Positions 8,618 through 16,545 of a DNA stretch of 64,000 nt are shown here, piece by piece; positions within the stretch are counted from its first letter, which is position 1; each line of letters begins with the position of its first letter. The notes under the pieces were generated by a model. It was not told the origin of the DNA and made no database searches. It saw only the letters and a list, made by a program, of their open reading frames with translations. The DNA lies in IMG/VR virus record IMGVR_UViG_3300032524_000070. One strand, written 5' to 3'. This DNA comes from a virus. The translations under genes and the position numbers were made by a program.

Positions 8618-9958
8618 ATGGACTGCCCGATCTGCCCCACGACTGTCGTTGACGCCCGAGGGCTCGCGACCCACTTCCGCCATCAGGATGCGACCCACCC
8701 CGTCTACAAGACGTGGCAGGAGGAGCAGCGGTGGGCCGGGAAGGTCGAGGGGGAGGACTACATCGTCTGCCTGGAGTGCGGGCATCGAGCGGGGACGCTG
8801 GCCCGGCATCTGAAGGCGGTTCACGGGATCACGGCTGACCAGTACCGGGTGAAGCACGGGGACGTGCTCATCCGGGCCACCAGCGTCACGGAGAGGCGTC
8901 GGGAGGCCATCCAGAGTGCGCGGACTACCTCGACTGCTTACGACGGCTTCAAGAGCGTCGTGTGCCCTTCCTGCGGGGAGGGGCACGAGGTCCACAAACT
9001 GTCTGGCGTGGTGCCTTGCCCTGAGTGCAAGGAGCGAGCGGTGGCAGCCCACTGGGAGGGGAAGTCGGAGCCGGACGACTTCGTCGTCTGCCTGGAGTGT
9101 GGGTACCGGGCTGAGAACCTGACGAGCCACATCCAGAACGCTCATCCTGGGTACCGGGAGAGGCATCCCGATGCCTACATGGTGGCGTTGGGGTCTGCCG
9201 TCAGGGACAAGTCCGCGTTGAAGGGCCGCAGGCGGTCACCCGAGTTCAAGCAGGCCATCCGGGAGGCGAAGACCATCGGGCTGACCCAGGGGGACTTCGA
9301 GCCCTACCTGGAGGCTGACGGCACGGTGGACCATCGACGTGCGATGGAGGGCTTGATGGTCGCGTGGCCGACGCTCAAGCGGTACATGGACGACCTGGGG
9401 TTGAGCCCCACCGACAAGTACATCCGGCAGCGACAGGCCGAGCGGGTGGTGACCCTCACGGTGGAGGGTCTGGAGGCATTCAAGCTGAAGAACGGGAAGG
9501 TGAGCGTGGGCCAGGCCGCGAGGGACATGGGCTACTGCTTCAGGACGGTCAAACGGGAGTGCGACCGTCTTGGGCTGCCGACGTTCCATCGCCGAATCCG
9601 TCAGACGCTCTGCCTGGACGCCGTGTCAGAAGCCCTCGGTGGTCTGGACTACGCCGAGGAGTGGAAGTCCTGGCGGTTCACGAACCCTCCCACGGGTCAT
9701 CGGTTCCGGTTCGACGGCTACTTCCCGGACGTGGGGTTGGTTGTCGAGTTCCAGGGGCACCAGCACTACACGTTCCCGAACGCCTTCATGGTGGACGAGT
9801 CATACCGGGGGGAGTGGGAGGCCATGGTGGAGCGGGACCGGATCAAGCGGGAGCTGATCGAGGCGGCTCCCGATCTGCTCTACCTGGAGATCCGGGAGGA
9901 CGAGCCGTTCACGGACGAGATGTACCTACGGGGTCGTCTCGCTGGGCTGGGTCAGTAG
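8618..9958 (+). CDS. Zinc-finger (C2H2 + two ROS/MucR-like) homing-type endonuclease with C-terminal Vsr/DUF559-like nuclease
   Basis: CPIC...H...H, DYIVCLECG....LARHLKAVHGITADQYR (MucR-like), a second VVCLECG....LTSHI, NUMOD3-like KGRRRSPEFKQAI, and RFDGYFP...LVVEFQGHQH...RDRIK (Vsr/EDxHD-like). Confidence 0.8.
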   Translation: MDCPICPTTVVDARGLATHFRHQDATHPVYKTWQEEQRWAGKVEGEDYIVCLECGHRAGTLARHLKAVHGITADQYRVKHGDVLIRATSVTERRREAIQSARTTSTAYDGFKSVVCPSCGEGHEVHKLSGVVPCPECKERAVAAHWEGKSEPDDFVVCLECGYRAENLTSHIQNAHPGYRERHPDAYMVALGSAVRDKSALKGRRRSPEFKQAIREAKTIGLTQGDFEPYLEADGTVDHRRAMEGLMVAWPTLKRYMDDLGLSPTDKYIRQRQAERVVTLTVEGLEAFKLKNGKVSVGQAARDMGYCFRTVKRECDRLGLPTFHRRIRQTLCLDAVSEALGGLDYAEEWKSWRFTNPPTGHRFRFDGYFPDVGLVVEFQGHQHYTFPNAFMVDESYRGEWEAMVERDRIKRELIEAAPDLLYLEIREDEPFTDEMYLRGRLAGLGQ

Positions 9959-10254
9959 CCCGAATCGTCATCGTCTGCGTAGCCGGTGCCACATTCCTGA
10001 ACACACTCATTCGACAGGTAGACCTGGTCGAAGTACCTGGTGCATGAGCCCCTGGAGACGCAGCGCAGGAGGCAGTCGTTGACTCGTGCCTCGTCCTGGT
10101 TGAGACCGTCCGACACGTCCTCACAGACTGCCGTTGCGCTGGCGACGGTCCAGCCATCCCCCAGGTCTTCACATTCGTCAGCCTTCTCGTAGAACTGGCG
10201 ACAGGGGGTACAGCCCGCGAGGAGGGCCAGGGCGAGCAGAAGAACACGGTTCAT
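9952..10254 (-). CDS. Cysteine-rich lipoprotein (100 aa)
   Basis: MNRVLLLALALLAGC is a signal peptide with lipobox LAGC, followed by 8 more Cys. RBS GGAG. Its stop overlaps convergently with the endonuclease stop. Confidence 0.75.
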   Translation of the reverse strand: MNRVLLLALALLAGCTPCRQFYEKADECEDLGDGWTVASATAVCEDVSDGLNQDEARVNDCLLRCVSRGSCTRYFDQVYLSNECVQECGTGYADDDDSGY

Positions 10255-10277
10255 GTGGCTCCGGTGTGATCGAGCGG

Positions 10278-10976
10278 TTAGCGGGGAGGGCTTCTGTAGT
10301 GGCCTCGGACGTAGGTGCCATCGGCTCTGTAGTAGCCCTGCACCTGGACGGTCTTGGCTGCTCCGGTGTAGCCACTGGTGTCTCCGTAGCATGAACCGTT
10401 TTCAGCACAGCCAGGGGCGTAGGACACCGTCCTTGTCGAGCTTGATGACGGGTATGTGTACCTCGGTGTCGGCTCGATCCTGGGCAGGTTCGTGTAGATG
10501 TCTGTCGCCTTGTAAACGGGCGAGGGTGCTGCGGGGGCAGGGTCGAAGTAGTTGGAGCAGATCCTCTCGGAGAGGTGGCCCTTGTCACACAGGGCTACCA
10601 GCGTCCGTTCGGAATCGGTGAGGTTTGCAGCGGCGACTGGTGTCGCTGCCATGGGAACCACAGTCGCCTGTCGCACCTGAGCCGTTCGGCCTAGCCAGGA
10701 GGGGCACTGGACCTGACCAATCTGCTCATTGCTCTGGAAGTAGCAGGCGGACCCGGACTTGAAGATCCGCCCTTTCAGGCCTGTGCTCAGGTGCAGAGCA
10801 CAGAGGCTTCCAGCAGCAGTGAACACCACATCGTTCGGGTGCTCTGCACAGGTGAAGTACGCTGAGCACGAACCGCTATCTGGGTAGGTGGCCACGGTGC
10901 AGGGGTCGGCTTGTGCCACACCCACGTTGAACATGAGTCCAAGCAGGAATGCGAGAAGGCTGAGTCGAGTCATCAT
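10278..10976 (-). CDS. Secreted protein with C-terminal basic 'V.GYYR.DGTYV.GHYRS' module
   Basis: Signal peptide MMTRLSLLAFLLGLMFNVGVAQA, a Cys-rich N-domain, a Pro/Thr linker, and CAENGSCYGD...KTVQVQGYYRADGTYVRGHYRSPPR. RBS GGGAG. Confidence 0.75.
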   Translation of the reverse strand: MMTRLSLLAFLLGLMFNVGVAQADPCTVATYPDSGSCSAYFTCAEHPNDVVFTAAGSLCALHLSTGLKGRIFKSGSACYFQSNEQIGQVQCPSWLGRTAQVRQATVVPMAATPVAAANLTDSERTLVALCDKGHLSERICSNYFDPAPAAPSPVYKATDIYTNLPRIEPTPRYTYPSSSSTRTVSYAPGCAENGSCYGDTSGYTGAAKTVQVQGYYRADGTYVRGHYRSPPR

Positions 10977-10997
10977 GGTCTCCCGTCGTCTGACCCT

Positions 10998-11026
10998 ACT
11001 ACGGGCCACATCGACGTTCTGAGCCC
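10998..11026 (-). promoter_or_regulatory. Class II promoter-like motif GGGCTCAGA-N14-CGTAGT
   Basis: Exact copy 1 of 3, 21 nt upstream of ATG 10976. Confidence 0.7.
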
Positions 11027-11039
11027 CTTTCTGCACAGG

Positions 11040-11069
11040 TTGACACACCTGCTGGGGCTGCCTTACGCT
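11040..11069 (+). promoter_or_regulatory. Sigma70-like promoter with overlapping inverted repeat
   Basis: TTGACA-N18-TACGCT. CAGGT-N6-ACCTG overlaps the -35 box. A perfect 8-bp hairpin follows at 11072-11093. Confidence 0.55.
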
Positions 11070-11227
11070 GTGTTCAGCGCGACTACGCTGAACCTCATGG
11101 GCTCTCCCGCCTGAGACCCTCCAGGGGCAAACCGGACTCAGTCCGAGGTCGATCAACCACGGTTGAACTCAGCACGGCTCATCGAAGAAGGCGGACTTCG
11201 CAGAGTGGTGCGTGGAGTTCCCGATCA

Positions 11228-11922
11228 TGAGCGACAACAAGAAGCTGAAGACCGCCACCCGCGAGCGCATGGCTCGCACGGGTGAGAAGTACACCACGGC
11301 CAGGATGCACCTGCTGGGTCAGCAGGGCGTGAGCCGCGAGGAGAGGATCAGGAGACTGGTCGCCCCCTCACCCACTGGGATCTTCACCGACCTGGCCACC
11401 TGGGTCATCTGCAAGGACGGGGAGGAGCCGGAGGGCTTCTTCCGTCTCCCGCACAGGGGCATCATGGGGCTGCGAGCCCTCGTAGAGCCGAAGCACTACA
11501 GCACCCTCGGCCCGAAGATGCGGAGCTACGGGGAGCCGCCCGCCGTCTACTTCGAGGGGCGGGTGGAGGCGTGGGTGGAGTGGGGTGCCGAGCAGGGGAT
11601 CGCTCTGCTCAACGTCACGGACATCGCAGGCGACAGGGATGCCATCGAAGAGTTCCTGGGCCGTCTCGGTGTGCCTGCTCCGGGTCAGGCCCCGGAGGGG
11701 CACCTGTTCCCTCGTGGGGATGTCTGTTGTCGGGCCAGGGGAGACGAGTGGGCTGAGTTGCCCGTCCCCCTGACCTCGGTGTCCAGCCGCAGCGTGATCC
11801 GAAGGCCCACCACCGGCTCCGCACTCGGTACCACCAGTCCGTACTCATCCGGCCCCGGAGAGGCCATGCCTCTCCCACGATGTCGAGTAGCTCGGCCCCA
11901 CGGAGCTTCCACATCCACGTGA
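11228..11922 (+). CDS. Hypothetical protein with N-terminal K..(T/I)RERMARTGEKYTTAR helical motif; 3' end uncertain
   Basis: RBS GGAG before ATG 11228. The first ~160 codons look coding, while the distal part looks degenerate and overlaps antisense ORFs. Confidence 0.55.
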
Positions 11923-12111
11923 TGACGGCTCCGTGGGCCATGGCTTCCGGCCAGACGGCCCGGATCGCTGCGTCGGCCTCAGCCCAGGATGAGGCGCGTA
12001 GCTTCGGCCCGGCGAGCCCCATGGGGTCACCTCCAAGCTGCCCTCGTCGGAGGATGACCGCGCGAGCCTGTAGGCCCGAGGCGGGGTCCGGGGATGAGCC
12101 TCTGACCTCGC

Positions 12112-12429
12112 CTAGCGGATGCTCACGGTCGTCTTGGTCTCGACGGTGAGCTTCGCAGCGACCTTCAGCACCGCGAAGACGGGCGGCTTGTGCCCGTAGG
12201 AGTGCTTCGGCACCTCCGATAGTTCGTCCACCTTCGCCTGGAGGATGGCCTTGTCGGTGGTGACCCAGTGCTCGAAGGTGTCGGTGGTGACGGTGTGGGC
12301 GGGGTAGCCGTGCCCAGGAGCGGTACGGCTCCGCTCGTCACCTTCAACGTAGGTTGAGTCGGTCTTGTAGACGTGGACTGCGAAGTGCGGTCCTTCGGGG
12401 ATGTCAGCGGGGGTCTTGACCCTGTTCAT
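12112..12429 (-). CDS. Conserved-looking phage hypothetical protein (GDERSRTAPGHGYP motif)
   Basis: RBS AGGAG before ATG 12429, good codon bias. Confidence 0.7.
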   Translation of the reverse strand: MNRVKTPADIPEGPHFAVHVYKTDSTYVEGDERSRTAPGHGYPAHTVTTDTFEHWVTTDKAILQAKVDELSEVPKHSYGHKPPVFAVLKVAAKLTVETKTTVSIR

Positions 12430-12449
12430 TTCGGTGCTCCTGTTCGTGT

Positions 12450-13385
12450 TCACACTCGGTCCAGGACCGACCCACCAGCGGCGGGCAGCAGGTCGAGGAC
12501 GCGCTCCTCTGCATCGCGGAGCCGTTCCGTCAGTTGCTTGATCTCAGCAGCCTGATTCTCGATCTGCCGCTCAAGCGCACCTTTGGTCTGACGCATATCT
12601 GTGTCGGCGGCGTTCTGCCTGTCCATCGCCTCATGCCACCGCTGCTCTGCGGCTTCGGTCGCCTTGTTGGCAGCCTTGACCTCCAGCTTCATCGAGTCGT
12701 AGTCCACCATTCCAGCCCGGTGCTTATTGGCCTGCTTGCCAGCGAGCTTCACGTCGATACGGGCCTTCCCCTTGGGGAAGTAGTGGCCCCACACCCCATG
12801 GCTGGAGATGATCTTGGCGACATCGGAAGAGCAGAGGGTCAGCCGGGTCTTCTGACCCTCCGATCTCCATTCGTTGTACCAGACCTCAGTGTCAGGCCCC
12901 AGGTAGCTCAAGTTGGGGAACAGGAAGCGAAGCTCCGGCGGCTTGAATACTCCTTCCAGCTTGACGGGCTCCGTCATGTAGGGCCGAACCGAGCAGGAGT
13001 CGCTGTCCCCACACCACCAGTGCCCGCCGTTGTCCTGACGCACACTGGTCAGACTGCCCGGCGAGAGGTGTCCATCAACCGAGTCCTTCGTGCGTCGGGA
13101 GTTCTGCGGGAGTCCGATCTTCGGCAGGTCGAACATCCGGGGGGGCGGCGGCGTGAACTCTCGGGCCTCCCGGAAGTGCTGCTTCTGGGCAGCCGTGAGC
13201 CACAGCTCCTCGACATCGCCCGTGTGGCAGTTGAACAGGGGGTAGCTGACGTAGACATTCAGATCCGCCGACGTGATGTACGTCACCCCTTCCAGGGTGA
13301 CCCGCGACACCACCTTGGCGTAGTGGTGCGTCACTGCAAACATCGAGTCGCCTTGGAATAAGAATGCGCGGGTCTCCTTGTCCAT
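12450..13385 (-). CDS. Hypothetical protein with C-terminal coiled coil (311 aa), predicted leaderless
   Basis: The ATG lies 6 nt downstream of a class II CGTAGT box. The C-terminus is heptad-rich. Confidence 0.75.
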   Translation of the reverse strand: MDKETRAFLFQGDSMFAVTHHYAKVVSRVTLEGVTYITSADLNVYVSYPLFNCHTGDVEELWLTAAQKQHFREAREFTPPPPRMFDLPKIGLPQNSRRTKDSVDGHLSPGSLTSVRQDNGGHWWCGDSDSCSVRPYMTEPVKLEGVFKPPELRFLFPNLSYLGPDTEVWYNEWRSEGQKTRLTLCSSDVAKIISSHGVWGHYFPKGKARIDVKLAGKQANKHRAGMVDYDSMKLEVKAANKATEAAEQRWHEAMDRQNAADTDMRQTKGALERQIENQAAEIKQLTERLRDAEERVLDLLPAAGGSVLDRV

Positions 13386-13391
13386 GGGGCT

Positions 13392-13420
13392 ACTACGCTC
13401 CTGGTCGATGGTCTGAGCCC
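13392..13420 (-). promoter_or_regulatory. Class II promoter-like motif GGGCTCAGA-N14-CGTAGT
   Basis: Exact copy 2 of 3. It fills almost the whole intergenic gap. Confidence 0.7.
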
Positions 13421-13668
13421 TACACGTTGAGGGCTTCCAGAGCCCTCCTGACGAGCTTCCAGACGGGGTAGCTGAGCCGTGGGTAGTCGAGTACCTCGGC
13501 GGTCTTAGAGACCGTCTTGGGGCTCCCCTTGCGCATCAGCCGGATGGCGTAGTCCCCCCGCTTCGCACCCTTGCCGGTCCAGCTCGTGTTGTGGATGAGC
13601 ATCCGACCGATCTCTTTCGCCTTGCTCTCCCGGCCACCGGGCCACATCTCGATCTTGATGACGAGCAT
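13420..13668 (-). CDS. Small phage hypothetical protein (MLVIKIEMWPGG...)
   Basis: The ATG overlaps the upstream TGA (TGATG). 82 aa, basic. Confidence 0.75.
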   Translation of the reverse strand: MLVIKIEMWPGGRESKAKEIGRMLIHNTSWTGKGAKRGDYAIRLMRKGSPKTVSKTAEVLDYPRLSYPVWKLVRRALEALNV

Positions 13669-14351
13669 CAGCCAGCCGGTCCCTCGATGAGCCACGACTT
13701 CGCTGCGTCCTGCCAGCCGGGGCGGTTGTCATCCAGCCACTTCCGGGCCTCTGCCTCTGCCGCGCACTGCACGTCGCGGTTCGCCCTGTCCATCCCTTGC
13801 CGGACCTCGACGGGCATGTCGTCGGGGAACGTCAGGTAGTAGACGGAGTAGTGCTCGTAGTGGTTGATGTCGTCGCGGGAGTGCGGATAGGCCACCGGGA
13901 AGGACTTGATGGCCCCACCCCTGTCGAGCACCTGGACAATGCCGTGCTCCGGCCCGGTCTCCAGCAGCCTCACCTTGTAGCGAGGGATGACGGAGCCGCT
14001 GACCGGCTCCCACCCGTGGATGTGCCACCGCATCCGCTGATGCCCATCAGCATCGAACAGGCCATTGTGCCCGCCGCCGCCGTGACCTTTCGCCACCCAC
14101 CCTTCGGGGAGCCGCACCTTGAGGGTGCTCTCTGACCCGATCAGCTTGAGGATCTTGCCTTCCCCGATGATCTCGATGCCCCAGGCTTCGATGGCCTCAC
14201 GGAAACCACGACAGTCCCGGCCTTCCGGGATGGACCCTTCGGCCTCCTTGCGGGACATGGCGACGGCTGTGTCCAGCCCTCCCTGGCAGTCACCACCCAT
14301 CGAGATGCCGATGGCTGCGAGGAAGAACGGGTTGTCGGTCTGTCCTGCCAT
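13668..14351 (-). CDS. Hypothetical protein (227 aa)
   Basis: RBS GGAAGGA before ATG 14351, downstream of a class II motif. Confidence 0.75.
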   Translation of the reverse strand: MAGQTDNPFFLAAIGISMGGDCQGGLDTAVAMSRKEAEGSIPEGRDCRGFREAIEAWGIEIIGEGKILKLIGSESTLKVRLPEGWVAKGHGGGGHNGLFDADGHQRMRWHIHGWEPVSGSVIPRYKVRLLETGPEHGIVQVLDRGGAIKSFPVAYPHSRDDINHYEHYSVYYLTFPDDMPVEVRQGMDRANRDVQCAAEAEARKWLDDNRPGWQDAAKSWLIEGPAG

Positions 14352-14372
14352 AGTGGTTGTTCCTTCCTCGCA

Positions 14373-14401
14373 ACTACGCCTGGCCCCCGTCGTCTGAGCC
14401 C
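14373..14401 (-). promoter_or_regulatory. Class II promoter-like motif GGGCTCAGA-N14-CGTAGT
   Basis: Exact copy 3 of 3, back-to-back with a divergent class III motif. Confidence 0.7.
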
Positions 14402-14432
14402 GGTTTCTAGTTGATAGTCGGGGGGAGGTAGA
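14401..14432 (+). promoter_or_regulatory. Putative phage late promoter (class III variant)
   Basis: CGGT-N7-TGAT-N12-GTAGA upstream of ATG 14449. Confidence 0.45.
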
Positions 14433-14448
14433 ACCCTGGAGGCTTCCG

Positions 14449-14850
14449 ATGACGACCCCCCTCAATGATGACCGCGAGGTGCCCGAGCGCATTGCTCGCG
14501 TGATCGACCGTCTGGCTGATGCCTACATCAGGATCACTCGTCAGGCGGCGGCCGTCATCGTCGGCGACATCTTCGAGGCGACCTGGGGCCACGAGCAGAC
14601 CAACGTGGACTTCTATCAGGTGACGGCCACCACGCCGAAGATGGTGAAGATCCGCAAGATCAAGTCGAAGGTCAGCCGCAAGGGCGGGGACATGGACTAC
14701 TGGGTCATGCCGGTCGCCAACACCTTCGACGGGCCGGAGCTACGCAAGAAGCTCGACGAGTACCGGGGCACCCCGTTGGTGAAGATCACCAGCTACGCCC
14801 TCGCCTACAAGTGGAACGGCAAGGAGAAGCACGTCACCACCTACGGCTAG
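14449..14850 (+). CDS. Phage hypothetical protein (GDI...WG.EQTNVDFYQV motif) with N-terminal helical extension
   Basis: RBS GGAGG, strong codon bias. Its stop overlaps convergently (CTAG) with the next gene. Confidence 0.8.
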   Translation: MTTPLNDDREVPERIARVIDRLADAYIRITRQAAAVIVGDIFEATWGHEQTNVDFYQVTATTPKMVKIRKIKSKVSRKGGDMDYWVMPVANTFDGPELRKKLDEYRGTPLVKITSYALAYKWNGKEKHVTTYG

Positions 14851-15947
14851 CTCGCCTTGCGGTTCATCTCCGCGATCATCTCCTGGTGCTTGCTGATGTC
14901 CTGGCCGCCGGGAGCGTCGGGGTCGTTGAACAGGGCGATCCGCAGCTTCCGCTCGTGCTCCTGGTTGAGCGCACCGAAGTACCCACTCAGCGTCATCCCA
15001 CAGGCCCTCGCCCGAGCGATGTGGCTCACCCGAACGGCCTCGGTGACGCTCTCCCAGTCGTAGGGGCCGGGGACCTTCTCGCCCTCGGGCTCCTCCGCTT
15101 CGGTGGGCTCATCCTCCACCTCCGGGAGGGTGTTGATGGTGAACCCGAAGGGGTCGTCGGGCTCCTTCTCGTCGTCCTGGAGGATCTGGCCGAGATGGAG
15201 CGGGAGCAGGTCGTCCTCATCCGGCAGGGCCGGGGGAGCCTTGCCACTGGTCGCCCACCCGTCGTCGTCATCGTCGATGTCCGCGAGGGCGTCCGCGACC
15301 AGAATGTCCCTTGGGGCGGGCGAGCCCTTGTCCGGCAGGCTCTCGTCCAGCAGGCTCTCGGAGCACTCCTCGCACAGGCTCTCGTCGTTGAGATCGTCGG
15401 TGGCACCGCCGCAGCCCTCACACTGGTCGGGCTCGTCGTCCACTTCGATGCCGCAGGCGGCGTAGGTCGGCGTCCGGCTGCTGCGGTCCTCGACCACCGT
15501 GCCTGCCTCGACCAGATCGGACAGACCGCGACGGGCTGAGTCCAGGGAGATGTTGGAGATCGCGGCCACCTCGCGGGGGTTCGCCGGTCCCTGACCGAGC
15601 CGGAGCCGCTGCTGGAGCACGGCGAGGGACACCAGCTCCTTGTAGTTGTCGATGAACTTGTCCGAACAGGCGTCGAGCCCGTCCAGCAGATCGGCCATCT
15701 GCGACCCCTTCGGCGTGAACAGGTACTCGCCGTCCTCCAAGGTCAGCAACCCCTCCCCCGTCGTCATGCGCTGGAGGATCTGATCCAGAGCACCGGGGGC
15801 GATGTACGCCCGGCTGTAGCTGCCCGGAGCGTCCTTCCGCCGGGCCATGATGAACGCCGAGATGTGTTCGGCCTTCGTCTCGTGGTCGGCGACAGCTCGC
15901 TCACGGATGATGTAGAGGACCTGGAAGGTGCGGGCGTTGATGGCCAT
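14847..15947 (-). CDS. Putative DNA-binding protein: two winged-helix-like segments, CxxC..CxxC, acidic linker
   Basis: PANPREVAAISNISLDSARRGLSDLVEAGTV is wHTH-like, followed by CEGC...CEEC and a long D/E-rich tract. RBS AGGAG before ATG 15947, alternative ATG at 15977. Confidence 0.65.
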   Translation of the reverse strand: MAINARTFQVLYIIRERAVADHETKAEHISAFIMARRKDAPGSYSRAYIAPGALDQILQRMTTGEGLLTLEDGEYLFTPKGSQMADLLDGLDACSDKFIDNYKELVSLAVLQQRLRLGQGPANPREVAAISNISLDSARRGLSDLVEAGTVVEDRSSRTPTYAACGIEVDDEPDQCEGCGGATDDLNDESLCEECSESLLDESLPDKGSPAPRDILVADALADIDDDDDGWATSGKAPPALPDEDDLLPLHLGQILQDDEKEPDDPFGFTINTLPEVEDEPTEAEEPEGEKVPGPYDWESVTEAVRVSHIARARACGMTLSGYFGALNQEHERKLRIALFNDPDAPGGQDISKHQEMIAEMNRKAS

Positions 15948-16058
15948 GTCGGTGTCTCCTGAAGGCATCTGGGTCATCTACCCCTGGCCCCACCTGATGG
16001 ACCCCCTCCCGGTGGCGACCTTCCATGCTGAGTTCGAGCGACTCTGGAAGCTCAACGC

Positions 16059-16433
16059 CTAGTCTTCCCACACCTTCTTGCGACGCGGCTTCTCTACTTC
16101 CGGTCGTGGGATGTGGCTCCAGGTCTTCCCTCTTCCGATGTCCGCGATGGCCTGGCGGGTCACTCCGTAGTCCAGGGCCACGTCCTTCGGCTTCTCCCGG
16201 CCCCTGAGCCGGAGGAGGATGACCGGGATGTCTGTGGGCCTCAGCTTGCAGCCCCGGAGGGTCACATCCGGCGGGTCAGGTCGGTCGAGGTCGGGCCACG
16301 ACTTCCCCTTCACCAGGTTCGATACGGCACCTGCCGTGATCTTGAACTCAGCAGCCAGATTCTTCTGTGACTCACCTTCGGCCACCCGGTCGATGATGCT
16401 CTGAGCCTGGTCCTCTGTGAGGCGCTTGTTCAC
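16059..16433 (-). CDS. Tandem HTH protein (two HNH-endonuclease-type C-terminal HTH repeats, no nuclease)
   Basis: RLTEDQAQSI...GESQKNLAAEFKIT..AVSNLVKGKSW and KLRPTDIPVI...EKPKDVALDYGVTRQAIADIGRGKTW. The GTG start lies 6 nt after a -10 box. Confidence 0.75.
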   Translation of the reverse strand: MNKRLTEDQAQSIIDRVAEGESQKNLAAEFKITAGAVSNLVKGKSWPDLDRPDPPDVTLRGCKLRPTDIPVILLRLRGREKPKDVALDYGVTRQAIADIGRGKTWSHIPRPEVEKPRRKKVWED

Positions 16434-16439
16434 GCGGAC

Positions 16440-16468
16440 AGCGTACTCCGAGCCCAAAATCAAGTCCA
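16440..16468 (-). promoter_or_regulatory. Sigma70-like promoter, predicted leaderless
   Basis: TGGACT-N17-TACGCT on the minus strand, then 6 nt to GTG 16433. Confidence 0.55.
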
Positions 16469-16478
16469 TTTTGATTCT

Positions 16479-16510
16479 CGCTAGGGCTTCTATACGCCAC
16501 GGGTAGTGAG
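16479..16510 (+). promoter_or_regulatory. Putative phage late promoter (class III) for the tail tube operon
   Basis: CGCT-N7-CTAT-N12-GTGAG. Confidence 0.55.
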
Positions 16511-16545
16511 CGACAGGCGAAGCCCCCGCCCTACGGAGAACGATC

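Noticed and set aside
11120-11175. c-di-GMP-I (GEMM) riboswitch suggested by GGGCAAACC
   Set aside because: Lacks the GNRA loop, the GCAAAGCC junction and the tetraloop receptor. Retained only as a generic structured leader.
11615-12022. Minus-strand gene(s) 11615-12022 and 11685-11918
   Set aside because: They overlap the + strand gene and each other and look partly degenerate. A decayed or frameshifted remnant is possible but cannot be supported.
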